Shown here piece after piece: positions 41,941 through 56,380 of a DNA stretch of 64,000 nucleotides. This DNA comes from Octopus sinensis (Eukaryota), in the NCBI RefSeq assembly GCF_006345805.1, contig NC_043009.1, positions 43,896,001-43,960,000 on the forward strand, in the 5' to 3' direction. Position 1 is the first letter of the stretch. Each line of letters begins with the position of its first letter. The position numbers and the translations under genes are program-made. The notes beneath the pieces were generated by a model. That model did no database searches. It was given only the letters and a program-made list of their open reading frames with translations, and was not told the origin of the DNA.

Positions 41941-43186
41941 TATATATATATAATTATTATTATTATTATTAAAGATGCAAAAGCATCACAAAAATATCAT
42001 AATGAACTGCTACTCAGAGTTTAAAACAAAGGAAACATATACTCCGGATACTCATTGCCTTTAAAAAGGATGGGATGGCCATGACTTGGATATTTTTGAT
42101 CACAGGTCTACTCAATCTAGGATGGCCTCGGGCTAGACGAGATAACGAGAGGTGTCTTTAGGAGTCGCTAAACTCGCTAGAAATAGCAAACAAATCGCCC
42201 TTAAACTACAGCCTTCCGTTTTTAAAAGGGTTAAGGCTGGATTACGCTGGGTGATGTGCTCTGGTAAATTCCTAGATATACAAGGCCCTAGAAAAAGGTT
42301 GGAATGATCTCAGCTTGAATACGTTCGATCACAGGTCTTCTTCCTGATCAATACTGACCTGGGGTTAAATAACAACACGAAGTACGGCAACATTGGGACG
42401 GTACTAAACAACTAAACAATCAATGACAGACATCGGTGAGTACCAGTAGACCTACGTTATGGATAGTGGGAGAACTGTATTACTAACAAAAGTTTCGATG
42501 GATTGTAGTGCCGTGGAGGAGATAATGGGAATCCACACATTCTTGTTACATAAATGTGTTCCATTTTCATAGCGACTCTTCCTTTAAACCATGTCCGAAG
42601 TTTTTTTTATTCTTCAGTTTAGCTCCTCCACTACTCTACTTTCCTCTGTGTACCTATGAAAGTAATTGGTTTGTTTTTACTTGAATTGTTATTTGCTATC
42701 TCCCATACACTCAAGTGTGAATGGAACTTACTATGATGGTTCCCATAATCCACTGGATGGTTGGAACACCACCGAAGACTTCGTTTAAGGTTTGTGCGAT
42801 TTATGTAGGCAGGGCAAGCAATCTTCACAGGACCCATCCCTTTGCGAGCTATACTCACATGGAGAAATAAATTTAGTCATACGAAATAATGAAGCACTCA
42901 TAAGCTATACAGTGCTCCTGCTTATTACAGCAATATAACTATAGCATGTTGTTATACCCATTTATAGCTAGGTAGACTTTTCCATTTAAAAGTTAATTTG
43001 GATTAACAATGACAGGAATAATGCAGTAACAGTGATAAGAATCGAACGCATGACCTTTCGGCATATTGCTCCACTATCTCATCTACTCGGCTGCACGTAG
43101 TGATTTATACAAAATATAAAATATATGATATATATGATATATATATATATATATATATAATATATATAATATTATGTTGTGTGGTA

Positions 43187-43271
<85 letters not shown>

Positions 43272-43295
43272 TTATATAATATATATATATATGAT

Positions 43296-43685
43296 GAGTG
43301 GCTGTGTGGTAAGTAGCTTGTTTACCAATCACATTGTTCCGGGTTCAGTCCCACGCGTGGCACCTTGGGCAAGTGTCTTCCACTATAGCTACGGGCCGAC
43401 CAAACCCTTGTGAGTGGATTTGCTAGACTGAAACTGAAAAGAAGCCCGTCGTATATATGTATATATATATATATATATATGCGTTTGTGTGTCTGTGTTT
43501 GTCCCTCTAGCATTGCTTGACAACCCCGTTACTTATGTCCCCGTTACTTAGCGGTTCGGCAAAAGAGACCGATAGAATAAGTACTTACAAAAGAATAAGT
43601 CCCGGGGTCGAGTTGCTCGATCAAAGGCGGTGCTCCAGCATGGCCGCAGTCAAATGACTGAAACAAAAAAGAGTAAAAGAGTAGA
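43296..43685 (+). mobile_element. SINE family B copy
   Basis: Homologous to 59778-60201, with (AAAAGAGT)n tail. Confidence 0.9.
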
Positions 43686-44178
43686 GAGAAAAAAGAGTAT
43701 ATATATATATATATATTATATATATATATAATATATATGATATGATATATTATATATATATATATGATATAAATCAAAAATAAGGGTGAAAAATGGGATA
43801 TTTATTTAATAACATCAATTCAACACCAAGTGGTTTTAGCGCAGAAAAACTGGGATATATATATCATATATATTATATATGCATATATATATATAGTATA
43901 TATATATATATCATATATATTATATATGCATATATATACATATATATATACTGTATATATATATATATATAATATATAAGTAATATATATATATATATAA
44001 TATTATATATATAAGTATATATATATATATATATTATATATATATATATAAGTATATATATATAAATATATATATATATAAGATATATATATATATATAA
44101 ATATATACACATACATAAATACATACATTCATATATATGTATGCATATATGTATATATATATATACATATATCTATAT

Positions 44179-44229
<51 letters not shown>

Positions 44230-45011
44230 TGTATATATATATATATATATAATATGTAACAGTACAACAACTGTTCCTCCACAAGTCAGTGTTGTTTTTG
44301 ATTCTGTTGCTACATCTTCTCCTCACTTTACCATCGCATAACCACTGCATTCCTAATTTCTGTTTGGATAGATCTCCTCTTAGTCTGTTTATTTATCTCA
44401 AAGACATTTGCACAACAACAACAACACCCTGGTTCTCACTTACAAAAGACACATTGATTCTGGTCGCTCTTATAATAATCTTCTTCTTCAACTAACATGT
44501 TATTTATAGAGATCAAAACAAAATAACGGTTGTATTTGAGAAATGGATAGTTAAAACCAGAAAACTGATGGCCGAATGACAAGCAGAATGGTTGAAGTGG
44601 TTGACAAAAACTGGCAAATACCGACAATTTACTGACAAGTAAACAGAAAGAAAAGAAATGAAAAGAAAAGAAAGATAACAGAAAACAACAACAAAAGACA
44701 AAACAAAAAGCAAAACCAAAATACTGGAAATCTAATAAGGAGGCAGACATAAGTGGTTGAGAAAAATTATGCTAAGACTGATAGGATTGGGCATATTTCT
44801 TTCAGCATAAAAATGAGAGATAAAAATTAGTTGTTACTGTTTGGTGGTGCCGGGGGGATACGAACTAGCGATCTCAAGCCCGTTTGACTGGCACCTGATA
44901 ATCTCTGTCATTTAAATCAGTGTTGTTGGCCAAATCAGCCCCGATTTAAAAGAAAAAAATCCACGTGCTCAAGGACATAAAAGGCTGATTATCCGTCTTC
45001 AAAGGTCTTAT

Positions 45012-45258
45012 GAGGTGAAGACGCGTGGCTTAGTGGTTACAGTATTCTGCTCACGATCGCAAGGTCGCTAGTTCAATTTATTTCATGTTACTCCAGTCCA
45101 CTCAGATGGCAAAAGTGAGTAGTACCTGTATTTCAAAGGGCCAGCCATGTCACATTGTGTCACGCGGAATCTCACTGAGAATTACGTTAAGTGTATGTGT
45201 GTCTGTAGAGTGCTCGGATCAACTGGAATCATCGTCGTCGTAACCGACGGAGTTCCAG
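45012..45258 (+). mobile_element. SINE family D copy
   Basis: Same head as 33379; 3' body shared with family C. Confidence 0.7.
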
Positions 45259-45433
45259 TATAAGTGACTAAAAAATATTTTCCTGGACGGCACACCGGTG
45301 TGCTGTATGAATCAAGACAAGCAGTTTTAAGGGGAGAGGACAAGCCGATTATCGACATCAGACTTGACTGCTACGTTGTTTATATATATAGATATGTATG
45401 TACATACGTATAATGTATATATATATATGTATG

Positions 45434-45465
<32 letters not shown>

Positions 45466-45526
45466 ATATTATATATATATATATATATATAATATATATA
45501 TTATATATATATTATATATAATATAT

Positions 45527-45562
<36 letters not shown>

Positions 45563-46114
45563 GATAGATATACATACATATATATACATATATATACATA
45601 TACACATGCATATAGGGGTAAAAGACGTCACCAACTGTGCAAACACATGAAATACTAAACAACGAGAGACAAAAAGGAAAGCAGGACATGTAAACACAGA
45701 GAAAGGACACTTCATCAGTTGTCAGCTGTCTATCTACTCCTCATTTCGAGCATTCAACGACAATATGAGTCTTCAAAGAAACGTGGTCCCATAAATTCTA
45801 AAATAAAATTTAGGATTTATAGAGGGTCAATGTTGGGGACAAAATCAGGACAGTAGAGACATACAAGGAAACGGAACGAAAACAAATATGGATGGTCATT
45901 AGACCAGAACGAGAGGAAAATAGCGAACGGTGGAAGAAATATTTTCTTTGGAAAGATAGAAGAGAGAGAAAAAGGCGTCCATGCAAAAAAAGAAAAATGG
46001 TCATGTGAAGAAAAGAAAGATGGACGATGGTCACGTGTGCGCAACAAGATTGAGAAAAATCTATACATGTATAATATGTGTGTATATATATATATCTGAT
46101 ATGTATATGTATGT

Positions 46115-46168
<54 letters not shown>

Positions 46169-46234
46169 ATATATATATATATATATAGATCAATAAATGG
46201 TGGGGTTGTGTTGATCGCACGTGGAGAAATGATA

Positions 46235-46454
46235 AGCAAGGAAAAATTGTAAAAATTCAGAATGCTCGATTATTCTTTTGCAAAAAACAATGCAACTTTT
46301 TTTCCCCTTTCTCATTTTTAAAAAACCTTTTCACCTAACTATTCTTGATAAGTCAAACTATGACGAAAAACGGTTTGAATAACTATATATTTATATATTT
46401 TTTCATTTTCTTCTTTCAATCGAGCATTCTGCATTTTTACAATTTTTCCTTGCT
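46235..46454. mobile_element. MITE-like element with ~38-bp TIRs
   Basis: agcaaggaaaaattgtaaaaattcagaatgctcgatt ... aatcgagcattctgcatttttacaatttttccttgct. Confidence 0.65.
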
Positions 46455-46458
46455 ATAT

Positions 46459-46515
<57 letters not shown>

Positions 46516-47058
46516 CTGCAGCTTCAGGCTGAGTAAAGGCATGTGAGTGGATTTGGTAGAGGGAAACTGAAAGAACCCCGTCGTATATATGTGTATATAT
46601 GTGTGTGAGGATGTGTGTCTGGACACCCAACATTGCTTGACAATCTATCTTGGTGTGTTTATATCCCCGTAACTTAGCAGTTTTGCAAAAGAGGCCGATA
46701 AAATAAGTTCTAGGCTTACAAAGTATAAGTGATGGGGTCGATTTCTTTGACTGGGATCGATTTCATGGCCGCAGTCAAATAACTGAAAGAAGTAAAAGAA
46801 TAAAAAACTATGTCATTTTAATCCCTAGCAACACCGGATATTTCTGCTAGTATATATATATATATATTATATATATATATATATATACATACAGAGAATA
46901 AGGTTTTACGTACGCCGCAATAATATATATATAAAAATACAAAATGGGACCAGAACGCAAAATATTCAAATAGGCGATACAAAAAATACGGACGGGTCAT
47001 TCGAAGCCTCTAATCTTCAGTCAAGAACCGGATAATCCTCGCAATTTCGGTTCATACA

Positions 47059-47260
47059 CACGTCTATATACGCACATGCACAAGAAAAAACAGGACTAAA
47101 GGCGAAAATACAGAAAATGTGTAAAAAAGTGTAAAAGAGTATGTGCGTATATAAACGTGGTTTACTGTTATTGCTTATTTTTTACACTTTTTTTTACACA
47201 TTTTTCTGTATTTTGCTCTTTTGCCCTGTTTTTTCTTGTGCATGTGCGTATATAGACGTG
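47059..47260. repeat. Inverted repeat (~78-bp arms)
   Basis: cacgtctatatacgcacatgcacaagaaaaaacagg...aagtgtaaaa pairs with ttttacactt...ttcttgtgcatgtgcgtatatagacgtg. Confidence 0.8.
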
Positions 47261-47462
47261 TGCATGAACTTTTTTTGTGCGCATGTGTGTGTGCGTATAT
47301 AGACGTGTGCGGGTATGTGCGTATATAGACGTGTTTTACTCTTATTGCATATTTTTTCCACTTTTTTCCACTGAAGAGATGCCGGCGTGGGTTTCCGCCC
47401 CGACATTCGAAACTCGGAGTTTTATCATGGCCACCGAATATTGTCACATATTATATTTACAT

Positions 47463-47500
<38 letters not shown>

Positions 47501-47506
47501 ACACAC

Positions 47507-47561
<55 letters not shown>

Positions 47562-48681
47562 TATCAATTTAATTTAATTTAATCTAAACTATTTGTATTC
47601 ATCATACACTACTAGTATGTGTATATCCTTGGTCTTTTAGAAATAAGAAATCTTGAAAATTTGAGATATGAAAATTGTTAAATTACGAATGAAAAGGAAA
47701 AAAAAAGAATTTATGAAACTATTTTTGTACAGCCTACAGTTAAGTGCGACGGAATTCCATAGTCCTTGTGCAGTAGTCCAGTTAGCTATAAGCAAGATAA
47801 ATGGTACGCTGATATTTTTATTATAATAATTTGAGTGGAATAGGAGTACCTGGTCAGTTTGGTGCCAAAGCTTTCAGTCGATAGACAGGTTGTTCGAATC
47901 CCATGTACGATTCTGAGCATATTCTTAAAGTGTCTAATGATGGCGTAAAACTCGAGTTGCGACACAATTTTAGCTTCAGTTTTAATAAAAATCTATATCC
48001 TCTACTAAATGTATTGAGCACTCTCTTTTCATTTGTCTGACTTTAAAAACATGTGGTGTGTGTGTGTGTGTGTGTGCATATACATTAAAAAAATGAGAAA
48101 ATGAGAATTATATGCAATATGTATGCTTTTCTCACCCTTTTCATTCTTAAAAAAAGGGATCCTCCACAAAAAACAAAAGAAGCGATTCTCTTCCTTTGAG
48201 CAGCCATTCTCTTTCGTTCTCTGTGTCTACTGTTCTATAAACATATATATAATCATATATATTTATACATACATAGGTATTTTTCTTTTTCCCTTTCTTT
48301 TTCCCTTTCCTTTTCCCCCCATCTTTATTTCCTTTCTTTATTCCAATCCCCTGATCGAGTCCATTAATGTATTACCATGAATCCATACTTTGAAATAACA
48401 TCCGCAATCCACTCTCTCATGGGAGAGTCAACTTACACTATGTTTTATTTTTCTGAAAAATCCTACGTGCTCTTAATTCACCCGAAGTAAACGTTTTTTT
48501 TTCTGCTTGATGTAACTCTTTTGTTCATCAATAAAGAACACGTCTGAAACAGCTGTAGTGAACCTCAACCTATTTGTGTTATTATTTATACATACGTATG
48601 TACGTATGTATATATGTATGTATGCAGGGAAGAGGAGAGAGAGAGAGAGAGAGAGATTGACAGACAGACAGACAGACAGAC

Positions 48682-48736
<55 letters not shown>

Positions 48737-49219
48737 AAAAGAGAAAGAGAGAGAGAGAGAGAATGAAATCTCCATCAGTTGCAAGTTTTTCACTAGTAAG
48801 AACATGGTTTTTACTTAGGTCTCTATATCATTTCAAAGCCAAGGACTTCTTTTTTACTTCTTCCAAGAGTGTACCTGTCTATACCTGAATCATTATGAAT
48901 CGTAACTTGCCAGATCTTTTCTGGTTTCCTGCTAATTTGCTGCCAACTTCAATGACAAGATAAGTGCCATTATATTGTTATCGAGTAAGTTTGCTGCTGG
49001 AGTGATGGTACTGAAACTGCGTTTAAGGCAGCGGTTCACAACCTTTTTTTGCACGAATGACCGGTTTCGTGCAAAACAATTTTCCCATAGACCGAGTGAT
49101 CACGTACATAACAAAACACAATAAAGTGTATAATATATAATTTAATTATTACACACACACACACACACACACAGAAACACACATACACATATATATATAC
49201 ATATTGCACGCATATTACA

Positions 49220-49635
49220 AGGCGGCGAGCTGGCAGAAACGTTAGCGCGCCGGGCGAAATGCCTAGCGGTATTTCGTCTGTTGTTACGTTCTGAGTTTAA
49301 ATTCCGCCGAGGTCGACTTTGCCTTTCATCCTTTCGGGGTCGATAAATAAAGTACCAGTTTCGCACTGGGGTCGATGTAATCGATTTAATCCCTTTGTCT
49401 GTCCTTGTTTGTCCCCTCTATGTTTAGCCCCTTGTTGGTAATAAAGAAATAGGTATTTCGTCTGTTGTTACGTTCTGAGTTCAAATTCCGCCGAGGTCGA
49501 CTGTGCCTTTCAACCTTTCGGGGTCGATAAATAAAGTACCAGTTTCGCACTGGGGTCGATGTAATCGACTTAATCCCTTTGTCTGTCCTTGTTTGTCCCC
49601 TCTATGTTTAGCCCCTTGTGGGCAGTAAAGAAATA
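49220..49635 (+). mobile_element. SINE family A tandem dimer (one head, two 184-bp bodies)
   Basis: GGTATTTCGTCTG occurs at 49268 and again at 49452, directly after AAAGAAATA. Confidence 0.9.
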
Positions 49636-51328
49636 TATATACATATTACATGTATATATATTACATATATAATACATATACACTGCAAAAAAGCTCTACA
49701 TATTGTTATGGTCTATAAAGTAGAAATAAAATTTGTAAATTTATTCTTTTTTGTGTGGCTCGGTATTGATCCGCTGCCCGATGGTTGGGAACTCATGCTG
49801 TAAGGTATATGTAAACCAGCCACAGTTGTTTTTTAGAAATATAATGTAAGGCTTTGGAAAATCCATATCAATGTTTTATTATCTTGAAAAACATGCCATT
49901 CAAAGTGGAAAGAGGTTTTTTGATTTATCTAAATTTTAAATTCTAAAATGTTTTTTTTTAAACTTTTCATACCATGTGCGAAATGTGCCATTAATTTTCT
50001 TTATTTGTTTTCCAGTTCGTCACGAAGAAAAAAAAACAGAATTAAAAACTACTATTGCGTTAAAGAAACATAAATAACTCTTTTAGAATCTGGTAGAAAC
50101 TCGGTATAAAATTTGGAATGTCGCAGAGTGACACTCCAACCCAGAAAATGTGAGCTAAATACTGCAAAACCTAAATCTACGAAAACCCTTTTAAAGAATA
50201 TGGTATTATTCGAAGAAAGAAAAAAAAAAGCGAAAAAAGAAATATACAAATTCTATAAATTAAACCAATGCTTCATGAAAACACTTTGGTTAGGTTAAGA
50301 ATAATGCCGAAGGCTAGGAGTGTTTTAGTTAGATGGTTCTTGGAGAGAAACACTAGAAGAGCTGGCCAAATTTCTCGGTATCAAAGACAGCCTTTGTCTT
50401 CGGCAAAGATGCGGAGGTGTGAGTAAAAAGCAAACACAATAACAACATTAATACAAGTGGAATTCTTGTAAATTCGTGCCTTGTTCTTTTTATCTGTCTC
50501 GCTGCCGTTTATCAAATGTTGCTTCTTATCCAGTACCAAACACTGTTTTGCTTATAATAATTCTCTCGCAGCTACTCTTAACCATTACATAGCTTGACCT
50601 TCCACCTCTCACACACTCCCTCATTCATTCAATCATTCATTCAGTCAGTCAGTCACTCACTCACTCACTCACTCACTCATTTACTCACACACTCACTAAG
50701 TCAGTCAGCTAGTCAACCACTCACTCACTCACTCACTCACTCACTCAGACACACTTACTCCATCACTCACACACTTAGTCACTCAATCACTCAGTTACTC
50801 ACGCACTCACTCAGTCACATACTCACTCACTCACTGAGTTCCTCGCTCATTCACTCACCTTCTCAGTCAGTCAGCCAGTCAGTTACTCACTCACACACTC
50901 ACACACGCATTCACTCACACACTCAATTAGTAAGTCACTAACACACTCACACAGTCAGTCAGTCACTCACAATGATTTTAATTTCATCCTCAGTCCCTTA
51001 ATATTTAATACTACTGTTATATAACACAACTACTTTAGCCAGTATATTCAAAAACCGTAATCCCATAATATAAAAGATTAATATTGTAAACCAACACTTC
51101 TGTCAATGATGTTGCATACTCACACTGCTGTCCCATTCAGGGAAGAGGTTGGTTGTGTAGTCTTAGTTACTTATACGTCAAGAAAACCGAGTAACAGGCC
51201 CTATAGATCCTAGAACATCACAACATTATTATTTAGCATGATGACTCTATAAATCTATATTTCGTCACAAAGCAGCTCAAAATATAATCCTAAATATATT
51301 CCCCAAATTTCAATCTATGATAGTATAT

Positions 51329-51738
51329 ACTCTTTTACTCTTTTACTTGTTTCAGTCATTTGACTGCGGCCATGCTGGAGCACCGCCTTTAGTCGAGCAA
51401 ATCGACCCCGGGACTTATTCTTTGTAAGCCCAGTACTTATTTTATCGGTTCTTTTGCCGAACCGCTAAGTGACGGGGACGTAAACACACCAGCATCGGTT
51501 GTCAAGCAATGCTAGGGGGATAAACATAGACACACAAACATATACACACACACTTATATATATATACATATATACGACAGGCTTCTTTCAGTTTCCGTCT
51601 ACCAAATCCACTCACAAGGCATTGGTCGGCCCGGGGCTATAGCAGAAGACACTTGCCCAAGATGCCACGCAGTGGGACTGAACCCAGAACCATGTGGTTG
51701 GTTAGCAAGCTACTTACCACACAGCCACTCCTGCGCCT
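51329..51738 (-). mobile_element. SINE family B, complete young copy
   Basis: tRNA-like head AGGCGCAGGAGTGGCTGTGTGGTAAG...GGTTCAGTCC, internal (TA/TG) tract, tail (AAAAGAGT)n. Confidence 0.92.
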
Positions 51739-51796
51739 ATATTGAGAATAATGGTAAAAAAGCTGGAGAATCCCTAACCCACCATAGAAACTTCGG

Positions 51797-51843
<47 letters not shown>

Positions 51844-52225
51844 GAAGCTGCATATTATCAAAAAATTCTTACCAAAACTAAACGTTTGAAAGAAAACCAA
51901 AGACAATATGCATGAATACTCTTTCAAATGGAACAAATTCTGAACCCTACATAAGCTCACGGGTACTGTACCTAGGTAATGTTCCGGAAAAAAAACGACT
52001 GGGGGGAAAATAATGCAAGTACTTGAATGCTCCAGTTTGGCCCTCTCCCAACATATTTTGTATGAAATCGATCAACATGGAGCGAATGTATGTTTTCACT
52101 GGAATTTGGACTTTTTAGATTTATTTCATATTTTATAATTGTGACTGAAATTACGTAAGAATCGCTCTTTCAATCCTCAACTTACACTGAAATGTAATGT
52201 GTATATTTACAAACCTGTTAATATG

Positions 52226-52598
52226 TGGAAGCACTCCGTCGGTTACGACGACGAGGGTTCCGGTTGATCCGAATCAACGGAACAGCTCGTGAAATTAACG
52301 TGTAAGTGGCTGAGCACTCCACAGACACATGTACCCTTAACGTAGTTCTCGGGGATATTCAGCGTGACACAGAGAGTGACAAGGCCGGCCCTTTGAAATA
52401 CATGTACAACAGAAACAGGAAGTAAAAGTGAGAGACAGTTGTGGTGAAAGAGTACAGCAGGGATCACCACCATCCCCTGCCGGAGCCTCGTGGAACTTTT
52501 AGGTGTTTTCGCTCAATAAACACTCACAACGCCCGGTCTGGGAATCGAAACCGCGATCCTATGACCGCGAGTCCGCTGCCCTAACCACTGGGCCATTG
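52226..52598 (-). mobile_element. SINE family C, complete, with 11-bp TSD
   Basis: CTGTTAATATG at 52215-52225 and 52599-52609; tRNA-like head GCAATGGCCCAGTGGTTAGGG...GGTTTCGATTCC. Confidence 0.9.
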
Positions 52599-53299
52599 CT
52601 GTTAATATGCATATATGTTTCTTTATTACCCACAAGGGGCTAAACATAGAGGGGACAAACAAGGACAGACAAACAGATTAAGACGATTACATCGACCCCA
52701 GTGCTTAACTGGTACTTAATTTATCGACCTCGAAAGGATGAAAGGCAAAGTCGACCTCGGCGGAAAGAGAAGAAGGAGAAAGAAAGAGGTGCTTTCAAAT
52801 ACAATGACTGAATCAAGATCGACATCTTCAATTGTAATTAAACTCCAACAAGCTGACCACATCGATACAATATAATTGAAAAGAAGTCTCTTTTTCTCTG
52901 TCTTTCTTCCCTTTCATTTTTTTCCTCTCTTTTCTTTCTCTTTCTTTCTTGTCCTTCTCCTGTCTTTCTCTCTATCTCCCTTTCTTCAAAAAACAAAATT
53001 AACATCTTGAAATGTCTTTTGGCATCAATCACTTGTTAATCAGAGACCATTCCCAAATATATTCTTTCTTTCTTCTGCTTTCTTTTCTCTTTTCTGTCTT
53101 CTCTGTCTTCCTCTCTCTCTCTCCTCCTCTCCTTCTTTCCTCTTTTCTCTTTCACCTTTTCTAAACAAAACAAAACAACACCCACTTTTCTATTTGTATA
53201 AAAGGCAAAAAAATTGTATACTAATACAGTGTAAAACTTATCTGAAGAACATCTATGAATGGACGAAAGCGCTAACAATTATCTAAAATTCTGATTGCC

Positions 53300-53963
53300 T
53301 CATTTTTTCGGTATCTCTCTCTCTCCCCCTCTCAATTCTTCATGGTTTCCTCGCAGCCATTCCCCTTCTTCTCTCCCTTTCTCTTGCTCCTCCTCCCCCC
53401 TTCCCGTCGTTCACCCGCGACGTGACTTCCGCTGCTGTCTCTCTGGCCTGGCCCTCTCAAGGTAATGGACGACATTCTCTTTGCTCCGCTCGTCGTTCAT
53501 AAAAAATTCCGCGTTCGCAATACTTTTTTTCGTTCGGCGTTAACAGCCCTTCTTATCTTGTTTTTCCTTGTCCTGTCTTTTACTGTTTATAATTTGTACT
53601 GTCGTTACTGTCCTGTTTTTGTTACCATTTTTTACCCCTCTGCGAAAAGATCTCAGAATTTTAATTGATTTGCTTTTCGCAGGAAGGAAAATTTCTTGTC
53701 GAAGATACGTCTCGCTTTTATCCTTCGAAACGTAGAGTAGATGAAACCATAGCGACTGAAGAAGGGTTTTCTCTTTGTGTTAATTGTCCTATACTCTATT
53801 TTTAAATGTCCAGTTCCTTTGGTTTGTGTCTATGTTTTCGTTTCTCATCGTGTTCGGCGCCCTTTTGGTGTCCTGTACTCATATATGCGTGTATATGTAC
53901 ATGTAGAGGTAGGTACGTACATATATGTTTATATATATATATGCATATGTTTTATTTTATTTA

Positions 53964-53970
<7 letters not shown>
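53300..53970 (+). mobile_element. Penelope-like terminal-repeat element, copy 2
   Basis: Inverted homologue of 12807-13460. Confidence 0.65.
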
Positions 53971-53994
<24 letters not shown>

Positions 53995-55077
53995 TCTTTT
54001 TATCATTCCTTTACTTGTTTCACTCACTCACTCGCTCACTCATTCACTCACTCACTCACTCACTAAGTCAGTCAGCTAGTCAGTCAGTCAGTCACTCACT
54101 CAGACACACACACTTACTCACTCACGCACTTAGCCACTCAATCACTCAGTTATTCACACACTCAATCAGTCACATACTGACTCACCCACTCTGTCCCTCA
54201 CTCATTCACTCACGCAAGATAACTGATAATTTTTTGACGGCAAGTTTTATGTCAGAGTATCTTTCTCCTGGAAGAGTTGCATGCCATTCGGTTTTGTCAG
54301 AGTCTCATCTACCCTTGGGTAATTTATTTGATCTATAAATGGGACCCTGTCAGGTACTACGGTTTCGGCTCAGAGTAGACTAGGGAGTAATAATACTTAA
54401 GAGGTGAGTCCACGCTCCTCACAACTCCAGAACTCTCACCACCGGAAGTACTTTAAGGTGAGGCCCAAAGCATAGCAACCTACACAGACATATATGCATA
54501 CACATACAAGCACACACATACATGCACAGACAAACACACACACATGCACAGACACACATATACATGCACAAATACATACATGCACAGACACACACATATA
54601 TGCACAAATACATACATGCACAAATACATACATGCACATACATACACACATACATGCACACACATACATGCATAGACACACATATATGCACATACATGCA
54701 CAAACATACATACATACATGCACACACACACACACACGCATACGTACATACATACACATCAGCAGATGTGTGTGTGTTATTGTTTTGAAGCAAGTTTTAA
54801 AATATCAACGTAATTTTTACTGATGGAGTGCGAGTAGAGTCAAATTTATTGTAAAGGTTATATCCACTGCAGGTATCAAGTTTCGCCTGACGGCTGGTTG
54901 AAGTAGTTCCTAGGTAGAACACGAGGTCCCAGTAAACTTCATATTTACATTACATGTATACACACTTAAACACGCATGTATGTATAAAAAATTGTGATAA
55001 AATAAACAAATAAAAATACAAAAACATGCATTGAGTAATTTCTTCTAGAGCTTCCAGACTCTGACAATATATATATA

Positions 55078-55291
55078 CTCTTTTACTCTCTTTTACTTGT
55101 TTCAGTCATTTGACTGCGGCCATGCTGGAGCACCACCTTTTAATCGAGCAACTCGACCCCGGGACTTATTCTTTTTGTAAGCCCAGTACTTATTCTATCG
55201 GTCTCTTTTGCCGAACCGTTAAGTAACGGGGACGTAAACACACCAGCATCGGTTGTCAAGCAATGCTAGGGGGACAAACACAGACACACAA

Positions 55292-55324
<33 letters not shown>

Positions 55325-55496
55325 CATATATACGACGGGCTTCTTTCAGTTTCCGTCTACCAAATCCACTCACAAGGCATTGGTCGGCCCGGGGCTATAG
55401 CAGAAGACACTTGCCCAAGGTGCCACGCAGTGGGACTGAACCCGGAACCATGTGGTTGGTTAGCAAGCTACTTACCACACAGCCACTCCTGCGCCT
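55078..55496 (-). mobile_element. SINE family B, complete young copy
   Basis: Near-identical to 51329-51738 and 59778-60201. Confidence 0.92.
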
Positions 55497-55916
55497 GTAT
55501 ATGTATATATATATATTTTGTTGAAATTGATAGAAAAACAAAAGCCTAAGGAACAACAGACAAGTGTATTAGTTTGACGCTCTGGAAAAAAGGAAAAGTC
55601 TTTTACATTTCGAGCCTACAGTCTTCGACAGAAAGGAATAAGAGGAAGTAAAGAGAGAAAAAGAGAGAGGAAGAGGGAGAGGGAGAGAGGGAGAGAGAGA
55701 GAGAGAGAGTGAGAGAGAGAATGAAAAAAAGTGTAGAGTTCCGCGGCCCAGGAATGCTGGATATGCCAAAACTTTTGGCCCCATTCCCACACAGAAGTTG
55801 CCATTCTCTTAAAGACTCTTATGATATATATATATATATATATATATGCATTTGTTATTTATGTTTGCAGGTCAATGTGTGCATAGCTGCTATATATATA
55901 TGTATGTATATATATA

Positions 55917-55988
<72 letters not shown>

Positions 55989-56324
55989 ACATACACGCAT
56001 GCACACATATGTGCTTTATGCTGCACGCTTTAAATCATTCAGAAACGTTGCCTTCATCACAAAAGAACTCAAAACCAAATTCCAAATAAATTCCATAAAT
56101 TTCAGTCTATGACAACGTCCATTGAGAAAAGAGGTAAGGAAACTGAAGAGTTCCTAATATACCATATGAACTCCAGATATATATATGTTTTGGTATATAT
56201 GTGTGTGTGAGATTGTTTGTGTCACACACACTCACACTACCACTCACATATATACCAACACGCACACACACACATATATATATATACATATATACATATA
56301 TACATGTATAAATCTATCTATCTA

Positions 56325-56380
<56 letters not shown>

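Noticed and set aside
42730-42846. Minus-strand phase 1-1 candidate exon RKGMGPVKIACPAYINRTNLKRSLRWCSNHPVDYGNHH
   Set aside because: The donor is consensus but the acceptor is mediocre and the peptide is unrecognisable; possible but unsupported.
37300-47895. tRNA-like A/B boxes at ~37310 and ~47850
   Set aside because: No cloverleaf can be folded; they are most likely decayed SINE heads, not tRNA genes.
49762-49799. GIDPLPDGWELM, resembling the start of a WW domain and followed by gtaagg
   Set aside because: There is no splice acceptor upstream of the motif and no downstream WW half was found; probably chance.
50333-50418. Plus-strand candidate exon GSWRETLEELAKFLGIKDSLCLRQRCGG with a gtgagt donor (vaguely death-domain-like)
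   Set aside because: Weak acceptor and no supporting neighbouring exon.
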